From Fimbriimonadia bacterium (GTDB lineage: Bacteria > Armatimonadota > Fimbriimonadia > Fimbriimonadales > JABRVX01): a stretch of DNA of 64,000 bases. The notes under the pieces were generated by a model that saw only the letters and a list, made by a program, of their open reading frames with translations, did not search any database and was not told where the DNA came from. Both the position numbers and the translations under genes were made by a program. Each line of letters begins with the position of its first letter. The first letter of the stretch is position 1. Positions 12,395-21,527 of the stretch are shown here, piece after piece. The stretch lies in contig JBGPGO010000003.1 of assembly GCA_041483895.1 (NCBI GenBank), forward strand, positions 1 to 64,000, in the 5' to 3' direction.

Positions 12395-12922
12395 CTATAT
12401 CTTTTCTACCATTGTGAATTCAAGCTCCACGGGCGTATCGCGCCCGAAGATGTTGATCAAAACGCGCAACTTGTCTCGATCCGAGTCCACTTCGTCGATC
12501 TTGCCGGTGAATTCGCTGAACGGGCCGCTTGTGACCCGCACGGATTCGCCCTTCTTCCAGGAGATCCTCGGCTTGACCTTCGTGCCCTCGATCGCTTCCA
12601 AAATGTCCCGCACCTCGCGTTCGCTCAGCGGAACCGGCTTGTCGGCGGAACCGAGAAACCCGGTGACCCCGGAGGTAGTCTTGACGAGGCCGTATGTATC
12701 GTCGTCCAGGATCATCTCGACCAGGATGTAGCCCGGAAAGACGTTCTTGTTGACGATAGTCTTCTTGCCGCCGCGCTGCCGCATCTCCTGCTCCGTGGGG
12801 ATCAGGATCTGGAACAGCTTGGCATCCCAAAGGCCTTGGATCTGGGCTCGGCGCTCGATGATGCGCTTTACCTTGTTCTCATGGCCGGCGAAAGTATGGA
12901 CGGCGTACCAGGCTCGATACAC
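12395..12922 (-). CDS. nusG: Transcription factor NusG
   Basis: WYAVHTFAGHENKV, FPGYILVEM, KOW GPFSEFTG, IFGRDTPVEL; GTG start after GGAGG. Confidence 0.96.
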   Translation of the reverse strand: MYRAWYAVHTFAGHENKVKRIIERRAQIQGLWDAKLFQILIPTEQEMRQRGGKKTIVNKNVFPGYILVEMILDDDTYGLVKTTSGVTGFLGSADKPVPLSEREVRDILEAIEGTKVKPRISWKKGESVRVTSGPFSEFTGKIDEVDSDRDKLRVLINIFGRDTPVELEFTMVEKI

Positions 12923-12927
12923 GTGAG

Positions 12928-13206
12928 TTAGCCTCCGCCCTTTTGAGGGAGAAGCACGTGCTCGAACACAAATCGCATGATTTGGTCCACTCCGTACAGG
13001 AACAGGCCGAAGATGCCGATGACGCCCAAAACGACGCCGGTGAACCGCCATGTTTCCTGCGATGTGGGCCATGTGGTCTGCAGCATTTCCTTCTTTACAT
13101 CGTTGAAGAACTGCTTGAACCCGCCCTTTTTCCAACTTTTCGCGAACGCGCCGGACCCTATTTTAGGTACTTTTGGTCGTTCGCCTTCGTGTCCGGCCTC
13201 AGCCAT
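12928..13206 (-). CDS. secE: Preprotein translocase SecE
   Basis: FFNDVKKEM..TTWPT..ET followed by one TM; position before nusG. Confidence 0.92.
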   Translation of the reverse strand: MAEAGHEGERPKVPKIGSGAFAKSWKKGGFKQFFNDVKKEMLQTTWPTSQETWRFTGVVLGVIGIFGLFLYGVDQIMRFVFEHVLLPQKGGG

Positions 13207-13261
13207 TTTCTTGGTCTCCTAGACAGCCCCGTCCGCCGCAAGGGGGAGGGGGGACGTGGCT

Positions 13262-13290
13262 ATTGTACACATTTCGGGCGGGGGAATCAA
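13262..13290 (-). promoter_or_regulatory. sigma70 promoter for secE-nusG-rplK-rplA
   Basis: TTGATT-17 nt-TACAAT. Confidence 0.75.
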
Positions 13291-13492
13291 GGGTTTGGGC
13301 CCACCGCCGGGGATTTTCTGTGTCCGACTTGATTCGGCTTTCATCGACGATCCCATTGTCAGGCTCTTTTGATGCAACTGGTCCTACAGTCGAGCCTTAT
13401 CCATCGCCGAGGTCGGAATGCCACTAGCTCCAAGAGCAGTAGCAGCTGGGGCGTTGAACCCGCCAAGCAGACTTGGGCGGCACACGAGCAGA

Positions 13493-15811
13493 TCAGTTGC
13501 CCACCGTTCCGAAGTTCACAAGCACCAAGTTCAAATCGTAGTCAGTGACGATCCCGTCACCATCAATATCGGAGAATAGGTCGAACTCCGATGGTGCACC
13601 GGAGAAATCGTTGAATATCGCGCTCAGGTCTTGGAGCGTCACGATATTGTCCATATCCGCGTCGCCGCCGGCCAAGCCATCACTGGAATTGCCATTGAAT
13701 TGGACCGTCTGCTGTTGCCCGGTGACGTCGTAGGTCACGGTCTGCCCCAGGTGCCCTACAGGATGAATAGATAGAGTGTGACTGCCGTTGGCGGGTCCCG
13801 TTATGGCCGCCGTTGCGACCGATCCGGAAACGAACGCGGTCGTCAGCCATTTGGGCTCCCCATCGATGGAGACTTCAAAATCGATGCTTGTGGCCTGATC
13901 CGAAAGATCCGAAATAATGGAATCACAAAGGACTTTCGAATACCCGTAGGGATTCTCGATCACGCCTCCGGAATCGTCTGTGCGGGCGAATCCGATCCAT
14001 CTGCCATCGGGAGAGAATGCGGCGGAGACAACGCCGGGATAGGTTTCGTTATTGAGAATCGTCAGCAAGTTGCCGCTGGCCACATCCCACATCCGAATCG
14101 TTCCATCCAGCGAAGCGGACATTAGCGTTGCGCCGTCCGGACTGAATGCTAGGGCCTGGATCGTATTTGTATGGCCGGTCAGAGTCCACATCAAGGTGCC
14201 ATCCGTTTTCCAAATCTTAATCGTTGCATCGTGAGCTGCAGAAGCAATGTGGATGCCGTCAGGCGCATAGGCTACCGCTATGACGCCGGACGAATGACCA
14301 GTCATGGTTTTTAGCAAAGCGCCATCAGAGATGCGCCATAATCTCAGGCTGTCGTCTTTGCCTGCCGTTGCGTCCCCATACCCTGCCACAAGATAGAGCC
14401 CATCTGGACTAAAAGCCAAGGCGCCTGCGAATTCCTTATTCCCTTTCAGAGTTCGGATAAGGCTTCCGCTGGACGGGTCGTAAACCTCAACACCGAGCGT
14501 TATGTAGGCTCCGGCAGCAATCCGGTTTCCGAGCGGGCTGACAGCAAGCGAGGCATAGCCGATACTTTGGCCCATTCCCAGTCGCGGCGTGCCATCGGTT
14601 TCCCAGACTTTGATTGCCATCCCATCGTCCGGAGGATTGTCATTCGCGGTCGCCAACCATTCGTCATTCGCTCCAAACGCGACAGAGGCGGTCGTGGCTT
14701 GGGCGTTGAAAGTAGTCAGGGGAGCTCCATCCGTTGCGCGAAAGATATGCACGGTTTTGCCCGTGTCGCACCACGCAAATAGATCGCTGTTGCTGCTCAT
14801 TGCGGCGGCCCGAATCTTGCCAGTGCTGAGCACAAGATTCTTGAGGAAGGAACCATCCGCTGCGTTCCATAACTTGATGGAAAAAGTGTATGGGTTACCG
14901 CTATTGATGCACGGGGCAGCCACTGTATCGCCGTCGGGAGAAATGGCGACGCAATTGATTGCACCGTCGCTCCCTGTCATCAGCACCTGTTTCAGGGATA
15001 GGACCGCGAGATCCCAGAGTATTACGGATTTATCCGAGGATCCGGATATAAGGGACTGGCCATCGGAACTGAACGCAAGCGGTCCCACAGCGGCGGTATG
15101 ACCCTGCAACGTTGCGACAACTACGCCTGTGATTGGATCGCATAGCTTAACATCGTTGTTCGAACTGCTTGCGATCCAATGGCCGTCCGGACTGTACAAG
15201 GCATAGACCGAAGCAATGCCGACAATGCCTCCGAGCAACGCCAGTATCTGCCCGTCCTTCACGCGGCAGATTTGTGATCCGAAGCCTCCCGTTATGACAA
15301 TTTTCTGTCCGTCGGGGCTGAAATCGAATTGGGTAGCCCCGCCAAAAGAGTTGAAATTATGAGCTATCGAACCGTCCGAAGCTCGGAGGATCTGTACCGC
15401 GCCGTTGTCGGTTGTCGCGATGTATGAACCGTCTCGGCTGAAGGCAATTGCCGGGCTACCGGCGTTCCATGTTTTCGTGAACACCAGCGCGCCATCTTTG
15501 ACCCGAAAGAGAGTGACTGCGGTCTGCGACTGAGAAGCAATGGTTCTCCCATCGGGGCTGAATGCGATCCTGACTTCGCCAGGTCGAATGGGCAGCGTTC
15601 GGGCCAGCGTCCCATCGCTCACTCGCCACAATTTGATGGTCCCGTCCATGGAGGCGGTGGCCAAGAGGCGGCCATCGTGGCTGTAGGCGATCGATTGAAC
15701 TACAGCGGCAATTCCGCCTTGTACCCAGCGTACATTCGGCACCGTTTGTGAAAACGCCGAGGACAGGCAAAGTACGAGTGCGGCGGCCCAAACGATTCTG
15801 GTAGTTGCCAT
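13493..15811 (-). CDS. Secreted WD40-repeat protein with C-terminal dockerin-like/EF-hand tandem
   Basis: Signal peptide; many GH...AFSPDG..LASAS.D.TIK.W repeats; GDADMDNIVTLQDL / DIDGDGIVTDYDL tail; start uncertain (15811-15865). Confidence 0.9.
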   Translation of the reverse strand: MATTRIVWAAALVLCLSSAFSQTVPNVRWVQGGIAAVVQSIAYSHDGRLLATASMDGTIKLWRVSDGTLARTLPIRPGEVRIAFSPDGRTIASQSQTAVTLFRVKDGALVFTKTWNAGSPAIAFSRDGSYIATTDNGAVQILRASDGSIAHNFNSFGGATQFDFSPDGQKIVITGGFGSQICRVKDGQILALLGGIVGIASVYALYSPDGHWIASSSNNDVKLCDPITGVVVATLQGHTAAVGPLAFSSDGQSLISGSSDKSVILWDLAVLSLKQVLMTGSDGAINCVAISPDGDTVAAPCINSGNPYTFSIKLWNAADGSFLKNLVLSTGKIRAAAMSSNSDLFAWCDTGKTVHIFRATDGAPLTTFNAQATTASVAFGANDEWLATANDNPPDDGMAIKVWETDGTPRLGMGQSIGYASLAVSPLGNRIAAGAYITLGVEVYDPSSGSLIRTLKGNKEFAGALAFSPDGLYLVAGYGDATAGKDDSLRLWRISDGALLKTMTGHSSGVIAVAYAPDGIHIASAAHDATIKIWKTDGTLMWTLTGHTNTIQALAFSPDGATLMSASLDGTIRMWDVASGNLLTILNNETYPGVVSAAFSPDGRWIGFARTDDSGGVIENPYGYSKVLCDSIISDLSDQATSIDFEVSIDGEPKWLTTAFVSGSVATAAITGPANGSHTLSIHPVGHLGQTVTYDVTGQQQTVQFNGNSSDGLAGGDADMDNIVTLQDLSAIFNDFSGAPSEFDLFSDIDGDGIVTDYDLNLVLVNFGTVGN

Positions 15812-15964
15812 GTTCCGCATGTTACCATGGCGTTCGCGAAATGGCAACGCCGTCAGCGGCGACATTGAAACGCCTCGCCAACATCAGTCTTGAGGCAGTG
15901 GAGGATTCAGGGGCTTGTCACAACCGGGAAGAACAGACAACACATTGCAAACCATGCCCGCGCT

Positions 15965-16495
15965 TCAGTTCTCCGATAACTTTGGGCCATATTTCGCACC
16001 AATAACGATATGGCTCCAGAGATAAACATCTCGGCACTTGTAGCCCTTGCTGTTAATGCGATACGATCCTTTAATTGGAATGTTGGCTCCGTCCTTCAAC
16101 TGTAATTGAATCTCGTCGTACATGAACTCCAGGCCATCTCCCAAAGATATTCGCGGAGGGTCAGCTGGCCTTGGAAACCGCCTCGGCCTTGCCTCAAAAT
16201 CGTCAATATCACCGTAAGGGATCACTTGCGAATCTGCGTCTTGCGATGAAACAACCATCCTCGTATCCAAGAATGCGACTTCCCAATAATCCGGTTCGCC
16301 TGGTGTACCAAGTCGATAGATCGCCCAAAGGTCTTCATCCAACTGCATTGGCCGTTCCGTCGTGCGAAAGCCGTCGAACAGCACACCATTTGGGTCACAT
16401 TCCTTGAGAAACTTGCTTCGCACCCTTATGAGCACTCGTGGCCACACGTGACCGGCAACGGAGACGAACAACCTGTTTGTCATCGGGAATTCCAC
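15965..16495 (-). CDS. Hypothetical protein
   Basis: 176-aa ORF filling the gap; no recognised motif. Confidence 0.5.
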   Translation of the reverse strand: MEFPMTNRLFVSVAGHVWPRVLIRVRSKFLKECDPNGVLFDGFRTTERPMQLDEDLWAIYRLGTPGEPDYWEVAFLDTRMVVSSQDADSQVIPYGDIDDFEARPRRFPRPADPPRISLGDGLEFMYDEIQLQLKDGANIPIKGSYRINSKGYKCRDVYLWSHIVIGAKYGPKLSEN

Positions 16496-16547
16496 TGCAG
16501 TCAGGTTACCAGACGTGGCGTTGAGGCATCCGGATGCCCGGGATCGA

Positions 16548-16871
16548 CTAGATCTTATCGATCTTGGCGGCGAGAATGAAGTCGCTCTCCGTCAGGCCGT
16601 CGATCTTGTGGGTCCAGATGGTGATTTCCACCATGCCCCAGGCGAGGTAGATATCCGGATGGTGGCCCTGCGCCTCGGCAAGCTCCCCGACGCGATTGGT
16701 GAAGGCCAGCGCGGAGGCGAAATCGGAGAATTCGAACCGGCGGCGCAGCTTCTTGTCGCCGACGACCTGCCAGGCCGCCGTCTGCTTGCGCAGCTCCTCG
16801 ATGCGTTTCGATTCAAGCGGTGGAACGCCCCCCATGCACGGAATGCAGGTTTTGTCGGCCAGTTTGTCCAT
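16548..16871 (-). CDS. phhB: Pterin-4-alpha-carbinolamine dehydratase
   Basis: C.PC.GG.PPL; AEAQGHHPDI..WG.V...WTHKIDGLTESDFILAAKID. Confidence 0.93.
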   Translation of the reverse strand: MDKLADKTCIPCMGGVPPLESKRIEELRKQTAAWQVVGDKKLRRRFEFSDFASALAFTNRVGELAEAQGHHPDIYLAWGMVEITIWTHKIDGLTESDFILAAKIDKI

Positions 16872-16886
16872 TCGAATTCTCCCAGT

Positions 16887-17043
16887 GCCGGCAGGATGCC
16901 AGCGTTACCGATTGGCGGCAGGATGCCAGCGTTACCGTTTGGCGGCAGGATGCCAGCGTTACCGTTTGGCGGCAGGATGCCAGCGTCACCGTTTGGCGGC
17001 AGGATGCCAGCGTCACCGTTTGCCGGCAGGATGCCAGCGGTAC
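16887..17043. repeat. Tandem array, six 27-bp units (last partial) of a REP-like palindrome
   Basis: (G/C)CGGCAGGATGCCAGCGT(T/C)ACCG(A/T)TTG with exact 27-bp period. Confidence 0.92.
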
Positions 17044-17129
17044 GGTGGGATTTTACCGCGTACAATGGTGAAACCGATTGGTATCCCGATTCGTCTTGTT
17101 TGTAGCCGGAAGAGGAGGCGCGTTGGCGT

Positions 17130-17807
17130 ATGAAACAGCTTTTTGTAACATTCGTTGCCTTTACTCTGGGATCGTTCTGCTTCGGGCAGGCGGATCCGAT
17201 GGTTTCGCTCACTGCGGACAAGGAGCCGATCCGGTCCGTGCTGGACAAGCTGTTTACCCAGGCGGGCGTCAACTACTCCATCGATCCGGAAGTCCAGGGC
17301 GAGATCACGGTGACGCTGCGAGACGTGCCACTCTCGGTCGCGTTGCGGACTATCCTGCGGCAGGCCCGGGCGGTCTATTCGGTCGAGGGCGGTATCTACA
17401 AAGTGTCCGCGCAGCCGGTGGTGACGGCCTCGGAACCGTCCCAACCGGACGAGGTCACTCCTCCCACGCCGGCCCGGCATCGCGTGGTCAAGATTCGGGT
17501 GCACAACATGCCGGCCTCCTATATTCTGATGAAGCTGCTCGGCAGGGACACGCCGACCCCGTTCGCCTTTCCAAGCGTCCCGCCCCAGGCATCCATCTTT
17601 GTGGGCACGAACACTCCAATTTGGTACACGACCACAATCAATGGTCGGAGCTATGGGCAACTGTACGGCTACGTCCCCACCGGCGTTTCGCTGCCCATTT
17701 GGCAGGGAAGCGGCTATGAGCCGCAGCTTGGCGGGTTCGGTGGTAGCCAGTCCGGCGGCGGTCCAGGCTTTGGCGGCAGCCAGTTCGGTGGGGGCGGCGG
17801 CCGGTAG
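17130..17807 (+). CDS. Secreted protein with secretin/TonB N-terminal (STN/N0-like) domain and Gly-rich tail
   Basis: VSL....PIRSVLDKLF..AGVNYSIDPEVQGEITVTLRDVP...AL..IL; no secretin barrel. Confidence 0.75.
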   Translation: MKQLFVTFVAFTLGSFCFGQADPMVSLTADKEPIRSVLDKLFTQAGVNYSIDPEVQGEITVTLRDVPLSVALRTILRQARAVYSVEGGIYKVSAQPVVTASEPSQPDEVTPPTPARHRVVKIRVHNMPASYILMKLLGRDTPTPFAFPSVPPQASIFVGTNTPIWYTTTINGRSYGQLYGYVPTGVSLPIWQGSGYEPQLGGFGGSQSGGGPGFGGSQFGGGGGR

Positions 17808-17982
17808 CAATGGAGTGTTGGGGTCTCGGCAATCGGTAAGAGAGTGGATATCTATCAAAGTGAACCCCAACACAAAGCGCCCTTCTCGTTGACCGTGGGG
17901 CCATTTCTGCCGATACTCTTGATGAGTAATCATTCACGCAGACGACCTAGTACTTATACTGGTATCTGACGGGAGGAAGCCG

Positions 17983-19713
17983 TTGCCGCTCGTCTCCAAG
18001 TGGGCAAAAATCGGTCTCATCGCAGCTGACAAGCGCCACGCCTACGTGGGGGAGCTGGTGCACGAATACGGCCTCGTCTTTGAGACATACCCGATTACCG
18101 GCCTCGATCAAGCGTGCAACGAGTCGAACATCATTGTGCTGGCCGGCGATCTGCAGTTGGGCAGCGCCCCTCTCATCGCCCGATTCGTTGCGGCCGGTGG
18201 CGGGTTCATTTCGGTGGGCGCGGTTCTGGGAATGCAGGAGCTGTTGGGGGTTGAGCCGGACGGCGAGTCGGCGGACCTGAGCGAGGGCTATCTCTCACCC
18301 GCATCGGAGCATCCGATTGTGGGTTCCAATCTGTTCCCGATCCATTTCTTTTCCGGTGCGCCCGCGCGATGCACCGGCGCAACTCCGCTTGCCGAGGTGT
18401 TGGACCCGCATGGCCGGCCCACGGGACGATGCGGCGTGGCGCTCCGCCGGGCTGACAACGGCCTGACGATTTTTATCGCTCCAGATATCGCCCAGTCGGC
18501 CATTCGCATTCGGCAGGGCAGATACGTTGACTGCGACGGCGCGCCCGCCCCGGACGGATCGGCGCCTTTGAACGATGGCGTGCTGCGCAGTGAAGACGGT
18601 ATGGAGCTGGATTGGTGGATGGACCGGATGGAGGACGAGTCGGGAATGCCGCCCGCCTTTTTGGAGCCGGCCGTCGACCGCTTGGCCGCCATTTTGTTTC
18701 GGTCGGTGGCTTTCATCGCGGACAAGCTTGGACTTCATTTGCCGGTCGCTTGGACCTATCCACGCAACTCGACCGCGGCGGGCTTGGTTACGTTTTCAAC
18801 CGACGGATCGGATCCTCATAATATGGTGGCCATCCTGCAGCAGGCGAACCTCGTCGGACTGCGCGGGACCTGGTGCGTGCAGAGTCCCGGCTATGGCAGC
18901 GACGGATACCGAACACTGCGGACGCGAGGCCATGAGGTCGCGCTGCTGATGGACGCAACGGACCCGGCCCATTGGAGGCTGGATATCTTGAAGATGCAGC
19001 AGACATCCACCGCCCGGGTTGTCGGTGTCAAGCAGCTGACCTCAGTGATGGTCCAAGACGGCCGGTGGCGTGGGAGGAACGAACCCTTCGATTGGTGCGC
19101 GCAAGCGGGGCTTGGCATGGAATTGGGTCGTGGTCCGAGCTACCCCGGCAACATGGGGTTTCCGTTCGGTGCGAGCCGGCCCTTCCGACCGGCCAAGCCC
19201 GATGGATCGATAATCCACACCCAGAGCCTCCCCTTTATGGTCCACACGCCAGGGATCGGGGCGAACACAGCCCGGTGTCTCAGCCTCCTGGATCGGGTGG
19301 TAGCCCATCATGGAATGGCTCATTTCACGTTCCACACCAAGGCTTTTGAAGAGCCGGATGTGTCGGCGGCATTTCGAAATCTGGTGATGTTCGGCCGGAG
19401 CAGCGGGTTGGAATGGATGACAGCCGACGAGTGGTATAAGTACGATCGGGCTCGCCGCTCTATACAGGTTGGGATGAGCTACGACCAGCGGGGACTAATC
19501 TTGCTGTTGGTGTCCGAATTTGACTGGCGCGACGCCACGTTCCTTGTTTCCGGGCCGCCGATTGTTGGGGCGAAGACCGCGGATCGCCGGCTGCCATTTG
19601 CCCCCGTGGAACGGTTCGGTTTTCGCTTTACCGCGGTAGTGTTGGATTTGAAGGCAAAGTCGCCGGTGGAGCTGGTTCTGGAGATGCCTACCGGCGCGAT
19701 GAAGGCAGCCTAG
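17983..19713 (+). CDS. Hypothetical protein, GATase-like N-domain plus NodB/polysaccharide deacetylase-like domain
   Basis: WTYP....A.LVTFSTD, RGHEVAL, HFTFH, WMT patterns. Confidence 0.6.
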   Translation: MPLVSKWAKIGLIAADKRHAYVGELVHEYGLVFETYPITGLDQACNESNIIVLAGDLQLGSAPLIARFVAAGGGFISVGAVLGMQELLGVEPDGESADLSEGYLSPASEHPIVGSNLFPIHFFSGAPARCTGATPLAEVLDPHGRPTGRCGVALRRADNGLTIFIAPDIAQSAIRIRQGRYVDCDGAPAPDGSAPLNDGVLRSEDGMELDWWMDRMEDESGMPPAFLEPAVDRLAAILFRSVAFIADKLGLHLPVAWTYPRNSTAAGLVTFSTDGSDPHNMVAILQQANLVGLRGTWCVQSPGYGSDGYRTLRTRGHEVALLMDATDPAHWRLDILKMQQTSTARVVGVKQLTSVMVQDGRWRGRNEPFDWCAQAGLGMELGRGPSYPGNMGFPFGASRPFRPAKPDGSIIHTQSLPFMVHTPGIGANTARCLSLLDRVVAHHGMAHFTFHTKAFEEPDVSAAFRNLVMFGRSSGLEWMTADEWYKYDRARRSIQVGMSYDQRGLILLLVSEFDWRDATFLVSGPPIVGAKTADRRLPFAPVERFGFRFTAVVLDLKAKSPVELVLEMPTGAMKAA

Positions 19714-19720
19714 ATTAAGG

Positions 19721-19749
19721 TCAGGGGACGGGCAAAACCCATCCCCTGA
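19721..19749. terminator. Stem-loop after the 17983 gene
   Basis: TCAGGGGACGGG-CAAAA-CCCATCCCCTGA. Confidence 0.55.
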
Positions 19750-20139
19750 TGAACTCTCATGCTTGAATAAGTCAGAACATTCAAATAAGCCACTCGCCAA
19801 TCCATCGAAAGGCTGTGGAAGCTAGTTACTCAAAGATCGGCTGTTTCTTTTGGCCAATGGCCATAACAGCACATAACACCATCCAATTTATTAACCAGTA
19901 CATACAAACCATCCTATATTAGAGGTTTGATGGCGATCGGGCCTTGCCCGGCCGCCGATGTAGCTTCCCCTAAAGCTCTCGACGGGAAGCTGTACCGAAA
20001 TGCCAGCCCGAAAGCGGCATTCCGAAAGGGCAGCTTCATCTTATCACAGTAGCCTTGCCAATGCAACCCTTAGCGGGCACTTTTCACCCGAGATTTGCAC
20101 GGTATACTCGCACGGATTTTGACCTGTGGGGTGTTTGAC

Positions 20140-20979
20140 TTGGCAGCAGCGGAGATTGGCGTTTTCGGCGGCTCGGGGTTTTACTCGCTTTTGGATCGCG
20201 TGGTGGAGGTCAAGGTGGATACGCCGTATGGTCCGCCGAGCGATTGCGTTATGCTGGCAGAAGTGGGAGGAAAGCAGATCGCGTTTCTCCCCCGACATGG
20301 CCGCCATCATTCCATTCCGCCCCACAAGATCAATTACCGGGCCAATCTGTGGGCCATGAAGTCACTTGGCGTCGGTCGAATCATCAGCCCCTGCGCGGCC
20401 GGAAGTCTTCAGGCGGATGTGAAGCCGGGCGACTTTGTCCTGTGCGATCAGTTCGTCGATCGAACGAGCGGACGCCCGGATACGTTCTACGACGGTCCGA
20501 TAACGAACCATGTGAGTCCGGCGGACATGTATTGTCCAGAGATGCGCCGGATTGCCGCCGAAGTGATTCGAGAGCACAGCATCGGCCTGCATGAAAAGGG
20601 AACCGTTGTCGTCGTTCAGGGTCCGCGATTCAGCACCAAGTCGGAGAGCCACTGGTATACCAACCAGGGTTGGGAAGTGATCAACATGACCCAATATCCG
20701 GAGGCATACCTGGCGCATGAGCTGGCGATGTGCGTGCTGAATATCTCGCTGATCACCGATTACGACTGTGGCTTGGTTGGCGAGGGCGAGATGGAGCCCG
20801 TGAATGCCGAGCAGGTGGTCGCGGTTTTCAAGCAGAACGCGGAACGGATCAAGAACGTCGTGATCGATCTGGTCCAGCGCATCCCCACGGCTCGCACATC
20901 GTGTCCTTGCGCTGACACGCTCAAGTTCAGCCGTGGCGATGGAGTGTCCGCCGGCTCGATGGACGTTCGGCTGGCGTAG
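20140..20979 (+). CDS. mtnP: S-methyl-5'-thioadenosine phosphorylase
   Basis: IGVFGGSG, TPYGPPS, FLPRHG..H..PPH.INYRAN, GPRFST..ES, INMT..PEA, TDYD; TTG start inferred. Confidence 0.93.
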   Translation: MAAAEIGVFGGSGFYSLLDRVVEVKVDTPYGPPSDCVMLAEVGGKQIAFLPRHGRHHSIPPHKINYRANLWAMKSLGVGRIISPCAAGSLQADVKPGDFVLCDQFVDRTSGRPDTFYDGPITNHVSPADMYCPEMRRIAAEVIREHSIGLHEKGTVVVVQGPRFSTKSESHWYTNQGWEVINMTQYPEAYLAHELAMCVLNISLITDYDCGLVGEGEMEPVNAEQVVAVFKQNAERIKNVVIDLVQRIPTARTSCPCADTLKFSRGDGVSAGSMDVRLA

Positions 20980-21267
20980 ATGCGGGAGCTAATCTCCGAG
21001 GAGCAGTTTTCTTTGGGGTTCGGGATCGTTTGCGCTGTCTGGGTCGGCATTTGCTCGGTGGTGGGTGTTGTGCGACGCCATCGGTCTTGGTTGGTTGGGG
21101 CGGCGTTTGGGGTCGCGGGCTACCTCCTCTGGTCTCTCTATTCGTCCCTGGCGCCGAAGGTTGATATCACTACGGTCCGCGGCGTGCTGGTTATGACAGC
21201 GCTATTTTTGGCGGTTGGCGTAGGGATGGGGCTGGCATTGCGCAAACCGCGTGATTCCGGCGGCTAG
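20980..21267 (+). CDS. Small membrane protein (3 TM)
   Basis: Three hydrophobic segments; abuts the mtnP stop. Confidence 0.7.
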   Translation: MRELISEEQFSLGFGIVCAVWVGICSVVGVVRRHRSWLVGAAFGVAGYLLWSLYSSLAPKVDITTVRGVLVMTALFLAVGVGMGLALRKPRDSGG

Positions 21268-21295
21268 ATCCCGGTACGATTGACGATCCGTTTGC

Positions 21296-21370
<75 letters not shown>

Positions 21371-21374
21371 GTTT

Positions 21375-21527
21375 GTGTCGGGGTCTTTGGTGGTCGGCGG
21401 GCCGGGGATATCGTCTGGCGTGTACCCCAACACATCAGGTTGGGCGTGTCGGGGTCTTTGGACGGCGCATCAGACATATCGGACTGATCGGACGGATCGG
21501 TCCGATATGTCTGATCAGTCCGATTGG
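21375..21527. repeat. Composite repeat tract: GTGTCGGGGTC palindromes plus TCGGAC-type repeats
   Basis: GTGTCGGGGTC at 21375 and 21446, ACCCCAACAC at 21424; ATCGGACTGATCGGACGGATCGGTCCGAT at 21478. Confidence 0.7.

Noticed and set aside
12923..13135. Long N-terminal extensions of nusG (likewise queA, GT4 and the ABC permease) in the ORF track
   Set aside because: They overlap upstream genes; better starts with SD or coupling exist downstream.
16887..17043. CRISPR array
   Set aside because: Units are contiguous with no unique spacers, and no cas genes are present.
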